A stretch of DNA of 64,000 nucleotides, taken from a bacterium (lineage in GTDB: Bacteria > SZUA-182 > DTGQ01 > JAFGSM01). A model generated the notes under the pieces. That model was not told the origin of the DNA and did no database searches. It saw only the letters and a program-made list of their open reading frames with translations. Numbering within the stretch: position 1 is the first letter of the stretch; each line of letters opens with the position of its first letter. The position numbers and the translations under genes were made by a program. Location: NCBI GenBank assembly GCA_049472335.1, contig JBLIRO010000002.1, positions 80,949 to 144,948 on the forward strand, written 5' to 3'. Positions 50,511 to 60,873 of the stretch are shown here, one piece after another.

Positions 50511-51491
50511 TCATCCCCCTCTTAACCTCATTACCTGTATAATCGCCGGACCAAGGATTGCTATGAAAAGAGAAGGAAAGATGAAAAAAATCAGTGGAAA
50601 CAGTAGTTTCAGGGCTATTTTGGCAGCCATCTCTTCCGCCCTTTGAAATCTTCTCGTTCTCATTGTGTCTGAATAAACCCTCAATGCCTTGGCAACACTT
50701 GTGCCAAATTTCTCTGTCTGGATCAATAAGGTTACCAGACTCTTGACATCTTCCAGATCCACCCTGACAGCGAGGTTTTTCAGGGCTTCCCGTCGGGACT
50801 TTCCGGCCTTCAATTCCCAATTGAGTATCTGTAATTCCTCACTTATCTCTCTATAGCTGAATTTAAGCTCTTCTGAAATACGATATATCGCGGCGTTCAA
50901 TCCCACACCTGCTTCTACGCATACAACAAGCATATCAAGCATGTCCGGAAAACCTTTGAATATTTTATCCTTCCTTCTGGCAATCTTTGCCCTTATCCAT
51001 AAAGTGGGGGAATAAAAACCAATCGAAGCCAACACAAACAAAATCATTAAAAGATAAGAAGGATGTAATAATTTTATATTTGGGATAAAGAAACGGAGGG
51101 AATAAAAGGCAGTCGGCAACAGTATAGTAAGGATAACCTTGACACCAAAATAGATGGTCATCGACTTATTGCTTCTGTAACCAGCGCGCAGGAAAATTTT
51201 CTGCAGATGAGACAGCTCCTTTTTGCTCTTCGGCTTAGAAAGATTTCCCGCCATGGCTATAACCTTCAAAAAGTATCGCTTTATAATTTTATCCGATATT
51301 TGTTTTAAGGTTTTATCCGATTCGGGCGATTTAGAAGACTCTTCCCAAACATGGGCGCTCTCGTTTTTTTTGATTTTTTCTATAAGTGTATTATGCTCCC
51401 TTGAGTAATTGATATAAGAATAGATCCCTATCACAAGCAGCAATATCCCTGCAAATGCCAAAAAGGATAGTAAAAGCGGTATATTAATCAT
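50511..51491 (-). CDS. tadC: Tad pilus inner-membrane platform protein TadC
   Basis: FPDMLDMLVVCVEAG, QTEKFGT, RAEEMAAK..KLLFPL. Confidence 0.9.
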   Translation of the reverse strand: MINIPLLLSFLAFAGILLLVIGIYSYINYSREHNTLIEKIKKNESAHVWEESSKSPESDKTLKQISDKIIKRYFLKVIAMAGNLSKPKSKKELSHLQKIFLRAGYRSNKSMTIYFGVKVILTILLPTAFYSLRFFIPNIKLLHPSYLLMILFVLASIGFYSPTLWIRAKIARRKDKIFKGFPDMLDMLVVCVEAGVGLNAAIYRISEELKFSYREISEELQILNWELKAGKSRREALKNLAVRVDLEDVKSLVTLLIQTEKFGTSVAKALRVYSDTMRTRRFQRAEEMAAKIALKLLFPLIFFIFPSLFIAILGPAIIQVMRLRGG

Positions 51492-51495
51492 GAAA

Positions 51496-52491
51496 TTAAA
51501 CCTTTATCGCAATTATTTTTTTCATAACCAGGACACCTATGATCATCATAACCATGCAAATAATGATCATAACCTTGCCAATGGGATCTGTTACCAGGAT
51601 CTTGATGTATTCGGGAGTGGTGAGAAATATACCCAGGGCAATAAAAAAAGGGAGCGAGATCAGTATTATGGCCGACAGTTTTCCTTCGGCCGATAAGGCC
51701 CTGATTTTATTGCGCAGCTTGAATCTTTCCCTGATAAGATAGCTTATGTTTTCAAGGATTTCAGCCAGATTGCCCCCACTCTGTCTCTGGATAATAATGG
51801 AGATAGCAAATAATTTAAGGTCAGGGCAATCAATACGATTGCTAAGGCTTTTTAAGGCGTCCTGAAAACTGATTCCGTAATTTATCTGATTGACCGTGTT
51901 CTCGAATTCACTGCCTAATGGATCATCAAATTCCTCGGCCACTATCTGCATCCCTTGTGAAAAGGCATGTCCGGCCCTTAAAGCCCTTGCTATCATATCA
52001 AGGGCATCAGGAAATTGGCGTTCAAATTTCCGCATCCTTTGTTTCCTTTTTTGTGAAGTATATAAAAAAGGCGCTATACCTATACCGGTGCTAATAGAGA
52101 CTGCCATAACATAACTTTTACTCAATTTTATGGCCAAAATAAATCCTATAAGGGCAGGGATAATTGAAAGCAGGATAAAAACCGCCAGAGGGAAGGTAAC
52201 ATCGGCCTGTTGCAGGAAAAGATCAAGTCTTTTCATTAATGAGGAACGGGCCTGAATGCTCAAAAGTCCCTTATTAAGCCATGGAATATTGCTCAGCGAT
52301 CGTTTTCGAGTAATGTTTACAATCTCTTTTCTATACGCTTCGGCTGAGAGCGCCCTGAGTACTTTCCTGATCCTCTTCAACTCAGGGTTGGCCCTTATTC
52401 TCAAGGCCAGATTAACAGCTTCGACAATTAGTACCACAATGATAAAAACAAAGATGCCTGTAACCAGATCCATGCTCTCTATATCCCTCAA
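51496..52491 (-). CDS. tadB: Tad pilus inner-membrane platform protein TadB
   Basis: QFPDALDMIARALRAGH, IQRQSGGNLAE, SAEGKLSA. Confidence 0.9.
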   Translation of the reverse strand: MRDIESMDLVTGIFVFIIVVLIVEAVNLALRIRANPELKRIRKVLRALSAEAYRKEIVNITRKRSLSNIPWLNKGLLSIQARSSLMKRLDLFLQQADVTFPLAVFILLSIIPALIGFILAIKLSKSYVMAVSISTGIGIAPFLYTSQKRKQRMRKFERQFPDALDMIARALRAGHAFSQGMQIVAEEFDDPLGSEFENTVNQINYGISFQDALKSLSNRIDCPDLKLFAISIIIQRQSGGNLAEILENISYLIRERFKLRNKIRALSAEGKLSAIILISLPFFIALGIFLTTPEYIKILVTDPIGKVMIIICMVMMIIGVLVMKKIIAIKV

Positions 52492-53804
52492 ACCTCAAAT
52501 GTTTTTTCAAAAATATCATATGGAACCTTTATCCCATATGCATCAAATTTATCCATAAACTTCGGAATGATGCCATTCATCTTAAATCTTCCCTTAACCC
52601 TGCCCTTCTCGTCTATTCCTGTTTGCTCGAATTTAAAGATTTCCTGCATGGTAATTACGTCACCTTCCATACCGGTAACCTCCTGAAGGCTTACTATCTT
52701 TCTGCTCCCGTCAAAAAGACGATCACTGTGGATGATTACGTCCAGAGCGGAACTGATATATCTCCTGGCCGCTTCATGAGGAATATTGACTCCGGACATA
52801 GACATCAAGGTTTCAATTCTTATTAAGGCATCCCGGGGTGAATTGGCATGAATGGTGGTTAGTGACCCGTCATGACCGGTATTCATAGCCTGAAGCATAT
52901 CTATGACCTCCGAACCTCTGACCTCGCCTACTATAATACGGTCAGGCCGCATTCTCAGGCTGTTTCTTACCAGGTCCCGAGCTGTAATCTCACCTTTACC
53001 CTCGATGTTGGGGGGCCTCGTTTCCAGACGAACTATATGGTCCTGTTTAAGCTGAAGCTCCGCGGAGTCCTCAATAGTAACGATCCTTTCGTTTTCCGGC
53101 ACAAATCTGGAAATAACATTTAATAAGGTAGTTTTTCCGCTACCGGTACCTCCTGAAATCAATACATTAAGGGCTACCTTTACGATACCTCTAAGGAGCT
53201 CGCCCACTTCCGAAGTCAAGGTCTTCAGGTTGATCAGGTCTTCCAGTTCCAATCGCTCGGCCGTAAAACGCCTGATTGATAAAGAGGGCCCGTCAATGGC
53301 TATCGGGGGTATAATGGCATTGACACGCGAACCGTCTGCCAGCCTCGCATCAACCATTGGGGAAGTCTCATCTATTCTCCTCCCGACAGCGGATACAATT
53401 TTATCGATGATATTCAACAGGTGAGCATCGTCCTTAAACCTGGCCTCTGTAGGCTCCAGCTTTCCGTATTTTTCCACGTATATCTGCTTATAGGTATTGA
53501 TAAGGATATCCGAAACCGCCGGGTCACGCATAAAAGGCTCTATCGGCCCAAGCCCTATCACCTCATCCTGAATCTCCTGATGCAATCTTTCTCTTTCTTC
53601 CAGATTGAGTGGCAGGTTGAATTCTTCCTGTAACATTATCTTCTCTGTTAGTTCCCTTATCTGAAGCTTAAGCTCGGGTTTGTCGAGAGAATCGATTAGT
53701 GACAGATCCAGTATGTCCAGTAATTGATTATAAATCTTAAATTTCATCTCGATGTATTCATTTGTTTTTAATAACGAGGCCAATCTTTCTTCACTTAATT
53801 CCAT
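52488..53804 (-). CDS. tadA: Tad pilus assembly ATPase TadA/CpaF
   Basis: GGTGSGKTT, TIEDSAEL, LRMRPDRIIVGEVRG, MNTGHDGS. Confidence 0.95.
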   Translation of the reverse strand: MELSEERLASLLKTNEYIEMKFKIYNQLLDILDLSLIDSLDKPELKLQIRELTEKIMLQEEFNLPLNLEERERLHQEIQDEVIGLGPIEPFMRDPAVSDILINTYKQIYVEKYGKLEPTEARFKDDAHLLNIIDKIVSAVGRRIDETSPMVDARLADGSRVNAIIPPIAIDGPSLSIRRFTAERLELEDLINLKTLTSEVGELLRGIVKVALNVLISGGTGSGKTTLLNVISRFVPENERIVTIEDSAELQLKQDHIVRLETRPPNIEGKGEITARDLVRNSLRMRPDRIIVGEVRGSEVIDMLQAMNTGHDGSLTTIHANSPRDALIRIETLMSMSGVNIPHEAARRYISSALDVIIHSDRLFDGSRKIVSLQEVTGMEGDVITMQEIFKFEQTGIDEKGRVKGRFKMNGIIPKFMDKFDAYGIKVPYDIFEKTFEV

Positions 53805-53855
53805 CTATTCTCACTCCTTTATGAATCGTTTCCTTGCATCGAATTATTATTAATT

Positions 53856-55022
53856 TTAAGATAATATCAGCAGCTTGAGGCCAAAAATCCCCTTCTTTTT
53901 TTTGGATTTCTTGCCTGTAATTATAGCCGATAAATCCATGAATGACTTAGATATCCGGGCTTTATTGTTAAGGGCGGCAAGGGGCTTCCCCTGATTTATG
54001 GCGCTCATTGTCATTTGGTAGTCATTGGGTATACAACAAAGGAATTTTTTGTTTATGCTCTCTTCCGCCTCTTTTAACGTAATAAAGGAATCCTTTTGAA
54101 ACCGGTTCATAAGTAAATGTATATTTTGCTCGGCAGGATAGCCAAGATTATGAAAGGTGGATATGACTTTTTTAGCATTTATAAGGCAGGGTAGGCTCGA
54201 TACCGAGACCAGAAGGATCGTATCAGATGTTTTCAAAACATCCTTGTTGATCCCGTTACTGCATTGGCCACTGTCTATAATAATAAAATCAAACATAGTG
54301 CGCATCAACTTTAGCAGAGTATTAATAGCCTGGGAGGTTATTACGTGTTCGTCAATAACCTTAGCTGAAGACGAGAGTACCTGAATACCTGAAGAATGCC
54401 TGAAAAGGATGCTTTCCAGATATGTAGCATCCAAACGGGAAATATCCTTGGCAATATTTGTCCAGTCGAAGGAAGTTTTTATCCCTAAAAATACAGGCAC
54501 TTCCCCGAAATTGTGATTCATGTCTATAAGCGCAACTGATCGAATACCTTCTGCTTTGATAAGACAAGTAGCCAGGTTTACAGCTACGGTGGTTGTCCCG
54601 ACCCCTCCTTTACTTCCCATGACATTTATTATTTTGCCTTCTTTGGCCGTAGACTCTTTTGGCACCCGGGCTTCCACAAATTGGCCTTTAAATCTCGAGA
54701 GAGCATTCGTTACCTCTTCTTTTTGAATAGGTTGAGGGAAGAACTCCTTGACACCGGTCCTTAAGGCCTTAAGCAGGATCTCCGGATTAGTGTTCCGGGA
54801 GGTTAAAAAAACCTCTCCGGCTATCTTGGAATTTTGTATCTCTTTTACAAGCTCAAAATCCTTTTCTGGCTCATCTCCCATTTCCATGATCAAAAGGTCG
54901 CAGGATTGTGAGTCCCGGAGTTGTATATGGAATCCCTTTATAGGGTGAATAATCTCTTCCAGTTCTTCCCTTATTTTCTGGGTATTGATCCGGAGCCTCA
55001 CGGTAATGGAATGCTCAGACAT
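53856..55022 (-). CDS. cpaE: CpaE/TadZ pilus localisation protein (receiver-like plus MinD/ParA ATPase)
   Basis: ALRTGVKEF, KGGVGTTT deviant Walker A, IPNDY...INQG. Confidence 0.85.
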   Translation of the reverse strand: MSEHSITVRLRINTQKIREELEEIIHPIKGFHIQLRDSQSCDLLIMEMGDEPEKDFELVKEIQNSKIAGEVFLTSRNTNPEILLKALRTGVKEFFPQPIQKEEVTNALSRFKGQFVEARVPKESTAKEGKIINVMGSKGGVGTTTVAVNLATCLIKAEGIRSVALIDMNHNFGEVPVFLGIKTSFDWTNIAKDISRLDATYLESILFRHSSGIQVLSSSAKVIDEHVITSQAINTLLKLMRTMFDFIIIDSGQCSNGINKDVLKTSDTILLVSVSSLPCLINAKKVISTFHNLGYPAEQNIHLLMNRFQKDSFITLKEAEESINKKFLCCIPNDYQMTMSAINQGKPLAALNNKARISKSFMDLSAIITGKKSKKKKGIFGLKLLILS

Positions 55023-55042
55023 CTTTTATGCCCCCCCTCCTT

Positions 55043-56188
55043 TTATTCTACTAATCCTGGGACTGATCCCAGTGTTCCGAAATATCCTCCGCTGCCCCGC
55101 CCTGATGCTGAAAGACCGCATTCGATATATGCGACAATACGTTGAGCATTCGGATCACTCGGACTCTCGACTCCGCGAAGAATGACAGTAGCGAATCCCA
55201 GAATCACCAGGTTTCCTGACGGATTATATGTCCCGTCGCAATCCTTCGCCGGGTCATAAACCGCGACACTGGTCGTCCATGTGTTTGTATCCTGATCCAT
55301 ATCAATTTTTCCGTCGTTTAGCACCCTGCAGTTATCAAACAGGACCTCCATATCGCCGAACGCAGATTGTCCCAAGTCACCTCCGGTAAACACAAACTCC
55401 GTTTCACCCACTACTGTTTCCTGCTCCGTGCTCAGATTCGGATCTATTATCAAATCATTCAGGATCTGATTAATCTTGGCAGAAGCGCACGGCCAGTCTT
55501 CATAGCAATGCCATCCCGCCTGGCTGTCTTTGGTCGGGTAGAAGACGATATCTTCACCACAGAAGTTTGGATCCAGAAACCAGCATGTGGACAGGGCGAT
55601 CGGAATAGGGAGCCCGCCCGGCGGGGATGTGCTCCTGGATGTTAAGGCGGCAATGGCTGAAGCCCTGACAGGAACGAGATCGATATTGAATATTTTGGCA
55701 AAAAAGGTGGAAATGGGGCCATTGGCGTTATCATCCCTCCTGGCGGTAACTTGTACAGCGTTCGGATGATTCGTGGTCGGTGTAAAGGTTTCTAAGATCC
55801 AGGTCCCTATAAGGATGTCGCTGTCATTGATTGTGATATTTTCTTTACCTCCGGCCCAATTTTGCAGGGCCACATTCTTAGCGGCTAATTTGATTTTTGC
55901 TATATCTGTTGAATCACAGACGTAGTTTTGCTGCTCCAAAGCGCTTAATCCCAATTCTCCGTAACCATCTCCGACATAAATTGTTCCCAGACGCCTTGCG
56001 CCGGCTAACGCTGCGGCATCCCCTATATTTTGCAGCTCGTTTCTGGTTACCATCATGTAGCCGATATCAATGGCTATCGCCGCGATACCGAGAAATACGG
56101 CAATACATATAGCTGTTATGACAGCAGCTACACCGCTTTGCCCGTTTTTATGTGAAATCGGGTGAGATTTTTTTTTCATTTCATTCAT
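55043..56188 (-). CDS. tadG: TadG-like pilus accessory protein
   Basis: QSGVAAV prepilin-like N-terminus, AIDIG..RNELQN.DAAALAGA. Confidence 0.8.
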   Translation of the reverse strand: MNEMKKKSHPISHKNGQSGVAAVITAICIAVFLGIAAIAIDIGYMMVTRNELQNIGDAAALAGARRLGTIYVGDGYGELGLSALEQQNYVCDSTDIAKIKLAAKNVALQNWAGGKENITINDSDILIGTWILETFTPTTNHPNAVQVTARRDDNANGPISTFFAKIFNIDLVPVRASAIAALTSRSTSPPGGLPIPIALSTCWFLDPNFCGEDIVFYPTKDSQAGWHCYEDWPCASAKINQILNDLIIDPNLSTEQETVVGETEFVFTGGDLGQSAFGDMEVLFDNCRVLNDGKIDMDQDTNTWTTSVAVYDPAKDCDGTYNPSGNLVILGFATVILRGVESPSDPNAQRIVAYIECGLSASGRGSGGYFGTLGSVPGLVE

Positions 56189-56642
56189 ATTTCATCACCG
56201 TCCTCGCAGTTATCTGGTATGGATTGAATACAGGGATAAACTCAGGAATGACAAAGAAACGGTAATCATATGTAACCGTAACGGTAAGGTCATCACCGAC
56301 GTTTACACCAGCCCTCGAAACAGTGGTTTTGAGGTTGTTTGGATCGGCCCCGCCAAATGTAACTAACCGGCCTTTAATATAATCATCCACTACCCCCTCT
56401 ATGTTCGGATCAGGCAATCTGGCAGTTGGAGGCCGGGATACGATCCCCGCACGCGCCCCTTCGCGGCTCGCATTGGTAATCACCTGTTGATTATATAAAA
56501 GAAAACCAAATTCACATATTCCCAAAACAAGACTGATCAATATCGGCAGGATAATAGCAAACTCTACAGCCGCTGCCCCTCTTTTATAAATCAATTTCTT
56601 CTTACAGATCATACTTCCACCCCTATATTTGAATGTTTTCAT
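56181..56642 (-). CDS. tadE: TadE-like pseudopilin
   Basis: RGAAAVEFA, EFG, ASREGAR. Confidence 0.85.
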   Translation of the reverse strand: MKTFKYRGGSMICKKKLIYKRGAAAVEFAIILPILISLVLGICEFGFLLYNQQVITNASREGARAGIVSRPPTARLPDPNIEGVVDDYIKGRLVTFGGADPNNLKTTVSRAGVNVGDDLTVTVTYDYRFFVIPEFIPVFNPYQITARTVMKYE

Positions 56643-56643
56643 A

Positions 56644-56913
56644 TCATTTTATATTAAAGGTATAATTGGGAACCTCTTGTTGTTTCTCGAAACCTTTTCG
56701 ATATCTTTCCATAACCTCCATGGCCACTTGACCATCAAAGCCATTGACAGGCCCGGGATTTTTTTCAATTTCATGATTCAGGGTCTGATTGAATTTGGAA
56801 AGGAAAAAGGAGGTCCCGTAATTCATTTCCAGTTGGCTGGGTTTGTGCGCGCAGCCCGAAGAAAATAAAATACAGATGATCACTATGGCCAAAATAGAGT
56901 AGTATCTTAACAT
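56644..56913 (-). CDS. Small Tad-associated lipoprotein
   Basis: Lipobox SSGC, NYGTS..QTLN..GFDG; start set at MLRYY after a GGAGG SD. Confidence 0.6.
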   Translation of the reverse strand: MLRYYSILAIVIICILFSSGCAHKPSQLEMNYGTSFFLSKFNQTLNHEIEKNPGPVNGFDGQVAMEVMERYRKGFEKQQEVPNYTFNIK

Positions 56914-56998
56914 AAGTTCCCTCCTGTTATCGATCAAATTCATTTCATAAACTCAAAAACATTAATAGAGACATTAAAAAAACACTTATAAGTCACAA

Positions 56999-58486
56999 CT
57001 ATGGTATTATATGCCCGAAATCCCCTTCCAAGCCGTTTTCATCATTCAAGATCGAAGGAAAATCCGGAGGGCTGAAATAGGATACCTTCTTGCTTCCTTC
57101 CAGATTTCCTAATAGATAAAATTCAAAATCATCCGGTTCAATATACTCGTCTGAGGGTAATGTCTGTTTTGCCATATCAACCGGCTTTACAAGGCGGGGT
57201 GTGACTATGATGACCAATTCTGTCTCGTTTTTTTGAAAAGAGCTGCTCCTGAACAAGGAACCAAGGACCGGTATATCACCCAACATAGGGAATTTTCGTA
57301 TAAATTCCCGCACATTATCATTGAGGAGACCGGCAATGACAAAGCTCTGTCCATCTTTAAGTTCCACAACTGTGGAGACGCGTCTTACAGAAAGGGATGG
57401 TATTATAAACCCACCTAAAGATATAGCGTTGGAAAAGTCCAGATGGGATACCTCGGGGGAGACATCCATGTTTATTTTGCCATTATCAAGTACCATCGGG
57501 GTGAAGTTGAGTCCTACACCGAATTGTTTGTATTCTATAGTAATAGTGCCTGTTCCTTCCTGTGGAACCGGGATAGGGAACTCGCCCCCTGCCAGAAAAT
57601 TGGCGGTTTTTCCGCTTAAAGTGATAAGGGTCGGTTCTGCCAGAATTTTTAACAAGCCCTTGTCTTTTAAGGCATCGACAAAGATTAGCCAGGAATTATG
57701 ACCTTCCAGGAATTGAAATATCGTATTTACATTACTCGATATTCCCAGGGATTCGATGCCTTCACCGGTTATTTCTTCCAGGAAAGTTAAACCGTCGAGT
57801 GTATTTATCCAATATTCCCCGCGAAGCGGATTGACAAAGTTAAAATTTACCCCCAGTTTTTTAATAAGGCTACGGGCTATCTCTGATACCTGAACCTCGA
57901 GCATTACCTGATGAACGCCCCTTACCTCAAGAAAATTGTTGACCCTTGGATTCCCATCATCATCTTTGGGCGCATAGGATTTAGCCAGCGTCACAACCTC
58001 TGAAAGGTTGGCCGTACTGGAAACAGTACCGGTAAGGCTAATGCTGTCATGGGTTGCTGTTATTCGAACATCTTCATCGGGAGGCAGGATCTCATGAATC
58101 TTTTCCTTAAGCAGTGTGATATCAGGCACTACCTCGAGATCATAGATGGTGATGGTTTTATCCGTTTTGCTCCACAGGGTGAACCTGGTTATTCCTGAGG
58201 TTTTTCCGGTAAGATAGATCTGACGGGGGGAGAGTATCATGACATCGGCAATCTCCGGATTAGCCAAAGATGCCCTTTGAACTCCTTCAGGGACTTCTAA
58301 GATGAGAGATTTCCCTATAGTTAAGGTTAATATGTCCGGGTCTGATATATTAACTCTTACCTTCGAAAAGTCACCCGCCCTGCACCTGATTGTCAGAAAG
58401 ATAAAATAAAAAGTCAGGATAATCAAAAAAAATGTCCTGACATTTAGTTTAAATACGCACGGTTTTGATTTAGTTTCACTTTCCAT
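56999..58486 (-). CDS. cpaC: Tad secretin RcpA/CpaC
   Basis: QVMLEVQVSE, LAEPTL, FLAGGEFP, PMLGDIPVLGSLFRS, ETELVIIVTP. Confidence 0.92.
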   Translation of the reverse strand: MESETKSKPCVFKLNVRTFFLIILTFYFIFLTIRCRAGDFSKVRVNISDPDILTLTIGKSLILEVPEGVQRASLANPEIADVMILSPRQIYLTGKTSGITRFTLWSKTDKTITIYDLEVVPDITLLKEKIHEILPPDEDVRITATHDSISLTGTVSSTANLSEVVTLAKSYAPKDDDGNPRVNNFLEVRGVHQVMLEVQVSEIARSLIKKLGVNFNFVNPLRGEYWINTLDGLTFLEEITGEGIESLGISSNVNTIFQFLEGHNSWLIFVDALKDKGLLKILAEPTLITLSGKTANFLAGGEFPIPVPQEGTGTITIEYKQFGVGLNFTPMVLDNGKINMDVSPEVSHLDFSNAISLGGFIIPSLSVRRVSTVVELKDGQSFVIAGLLNDNVREFIRKFPMLGDIPVLGSLFRSSSFQKNETELVIIVTPRLVKPVDMAKQTLPSDEYIEPDDFEFYLLGNLEGSKKVSYFSPPDFPSILNDENGLEGDFGHIIP

Positions 58487-58487
58487 T

Positions 58488-59354
58488 TTAAAACCTCAGT
58501 TTGGTTATCTTGTCTCCTTTGATTAATTCAACGTAGAAAACGGGTTTTCTAGTCCAAACCCTTTTCCTCTTCTGGCTTTTTCCGGTAGAGCTGCTCGGAC
58601 TATGGGCTGAGAGCAGGCTGGGTATGGTCATACCTTTTGTAGTAATGTCTTCATTGTCCGAGAAATTCCTCAGCGCAAGCAAAAGCCTCCCTTGAGTTGC
58701 GGCTAAGGCAAGCTTCTCTGCTTCATCCGGTGTTACCTCCAAGGTTATTACGTCCACCTGGGAGGGTTTTTCCTTTTTATCAATTTTTTCAATCCGTTCA
58801 ATCTCCGTGCCAGCCGCGAGAACCAGAATGTTTTCCAGAACTGTCTTGGTTATATATTCCTGGTCCTTACGTGTGGCTTTAAGGGTTACAAGCACATCCA
58901 CCCGGTGGCCCGGATAAATGAAACCGGAGACCCCAATAACCTTGTCTACCTTCACTGACATGGCACGTTTTGTGGGAGTAACCACAGCGGCTATACCCCC
59001 GGTTTGTATTGTAACCGGGGCCAGTTTCGACTCAAATATTGGTTCGTCAGCCTTTACCGGATAGATAAGGGTACGTCCTATAAGATCGGAAGACTCTGAA
59101 AAAGTGCCGGCTGGCAGGCTTTCAACAAGGAAAGGCACCATTTTGATCATTTCTCCGGTTAATGAAGTACCCCATGACAAATCCGAAATTGCCACTGCGA
59201 TTGGCCGGGTATTTATTTCTGCCTCCATAACAGGTGCAACTTCGGCCTTCTGTTTTTTTAACCTTTGCAACCAATTGAAAGTCAACACTGTGAAGAAAAA
59301 AGCAATAACTATTGCAAATATAAACATTACTATCGGTTTACCTTTTCCCATCAC
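58488..59354 (-). CDS. cpaB: Flp pilus assembly protein CpaB/RcpC
   Basis: SAF domain, RAMSV..GVSGFI.PG.RVDV, VITLEVTP.EAEKL, LALR. Confidence 0.92.
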   Translation of the reverse strand: MMGKGKPIVMFIFAIVIAFFFTVLTFNWLQRLKKQKAEVAPVMEAEINTRPIAVAISDLSWGTSLTGEMIKMVPFLVESLPAGTFSESSDLIGRTLIYPVKADEPIFESKLAPVTIQTGGIAAVVTPTKRAMSVKVDKVIGVSGFIYPGHRVDVLVTLKATRKDQEYITKTVLENILVLAAGTEIERIEKIDKKEKPSQVDVITLEVTPDEAEKLALAATQGRLLLALRNFSDNEDITTKGMTIPSLLSAHSPSSSTGKSQKRKRVWTRKPVFYVELIKGDKITKLRF

Positions 59355-59461
59355 AATTCTCCATCCTTTAAGTATCTTGTTCTTTTAAATTTATAACATA
59401 TTAAAATGTTAGCATTGGACGTTTCTTTTTTCAATCCGTCCTTAAAATATCTCCTTTAATT

Positions 59462-60052
59462 TCAAATATATAGCAATATGGTATCCCTCATAATGGTGAG
59501 CAAAGTCCCTAATGCAATGACAACCCCATAACACAAAACAGGTTTTTTCTCTCTATTCTCAGGAGGTATATAAGCCATCCTGTTGGTGAGGATAAATGTC
59601 TTTATCATCATTCTGTATCTTTTGACTATATCCTTAAACCCGCCCTGCGATATAATAAGTACAACAGAATAAATACCTCCGAGGAGAGCCGTAAAAAGGA
59701 ATGCTGTAAATACCCCCTTTGGCCCGAGTAATCCACCGACCCCCCCCATAAGCTTTACATCTCCCGCTCCCATTCCCCCCATAAAATAAAAAACCATAAG
59801 AAAGGCAAATCCCAAAAATACTCCCTTCAAGCTGAAAAGAAACCCCTGAGAGCCGTTTCTATAACTATGATATATGATACCTACTATTATGGTTGAAAAA
59901 GTAAGCCAATTTGGAATCCTGCGGGTGCGAAGATCACCTATGGCGGCAATAAGGAGAATAACGCTTAAAAATATAATAGGAAATATTTCTTTCAAGTATT
60001 GATACACTTTTTCTTCTTCTCCTTGAGTATTGTTGAATTTAAAATGCGGCAA
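59462..60052 (-). CDS. cpaA: Prepilin peptidase CpaA/TadV (A24 family)
   Basis: DLR.RRIPN and GAGDVKL catalytic Asp motifs; true start probably near 59995-60007. Confidence 0.9.
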   Translation of the reverse strand: MPHFKFNNTQGEEEKVYQYLKEIFPIIFLSVILLIAAIGDLRTRRIPNWLTFSTIIVGIIYHSYRNGSQGFLFSLKGVFLGFAFLMVFYFMGGMGAGDVKLMGGVGGLLGPKGVFTAFLFTALLGGIYSVVLIISQGGFKDIVKRYRMMIKTFILTNRMAYIPPENREKKPVLCYGVVIALGTLLTIMRDTILLYI

Positions 60053-60197
60053 CTACCGTATTAAATAAATTCAATACCTGATTGCCCAGAGCAGTAACAG
60101 CGGCTACGATTACAACTGCAACTAAAAAAGCAACCAGAGCGTATTCGATTGCAGTAACGCCATCTTGAAAGAATAGAAATTTAATTATTTTTATCAT
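60039..60197 (-). CDS. flp: Flp type IVb pilin 2
   Basis: DG|VTAIEYAL Flp motif; start moved to ATG at 60197. Confidence 0.85.
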   Translation of the reverse strand: MIKIIKFLFFQDGVTAIEYALVAFLVAVVIVAAVTALGNQVLNLFNTVVAAF

Positions 60198-60253
60198 TAT
60201 TCTTTTTATATTTACAATAAATGTCTTAATAACTAATAGAAATAATATTACTT

Positions 60254-60306
60254 GCAAGGGATGCATTATATTTGATTTAGAATTTATATTAAAATGCATC
60301 CCTTGC
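60254..60306. terminator. Perfect 14-bp inverted repeat between flp1 and flp2 (attenuator/stabiliser)
   Basis: GCAAGGGATGCATT (60254-60267) / AATGCATCCCTTGC (60293-60306). Confidence 0.65.
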
Positions 60307-60348
60307 TAAGTAAATTTTAAAACAAAATAAATTATGAAATATTAAGCA

Positions 60349-60507
60349 TTAGATCGCATTTGCTATTTGATTAAAAATAGCTGCAAGATTACCGCCCAAA
60401 AGTGTTACAGCAGCTATAATGACAACTGCAATCAGTGCAGCAAGCAATCCGTATTCTACAGCGGTAACTCCCTCTTCACCCTTTAAAAATTTAACTAATT
60501 CGTACAT
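60349..60507 (-). CDS. flp: Flp type IVb pilin 1 (probable major pilin)
   Basis: EEG|VTAVEYGL Flp motif; ATG at 60507 with AAGGAG SD. Confidence 0.9.
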   Translation of the reverse strand: MYELVKFLKGEEGVTAVEYGLLAALIAVVIIAAVTLLGGNLAAIFNQIANAI

Positions 60508-60873
60508 TAAAGAAATCTCCTTTTTTTTAAAATTATGCAGACACTTTACATAATAGTGTGAAAATGACACTTAATATTTCACACTTTTTAAAAATCTGTC
60601 GATTTTTAGATTAAAAGATAATTTGATATTATTATAATTAAAATTTACTTAGTAAATAATAATATAAACAGATATCAAAATATTCTCTTATCGGACAGAT
60701 TTTTTAAATAATAAATATATTTTACTTTCACCTCCCTTCTAATTTCCTCCAAAAAAAGAGTATTAACTTCCTATTTCATTTGGTAAATTAAAAAAACACA
60801 TTAACAGCATGAGCAGGTAAACGAAATAGGAGGAAATTTAAAATAATCATAGCCAGCCATAATCTATATCCCT

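Noticed and set aside
60765..60860. c-di-GMP-I riboswitch upstream of flp
   Set aside because: Only scattered GGTAAAC, GAAA and TAGCCAG words, on the wrong strand and lacking the GCAAA core; better explained as a simple hairpin
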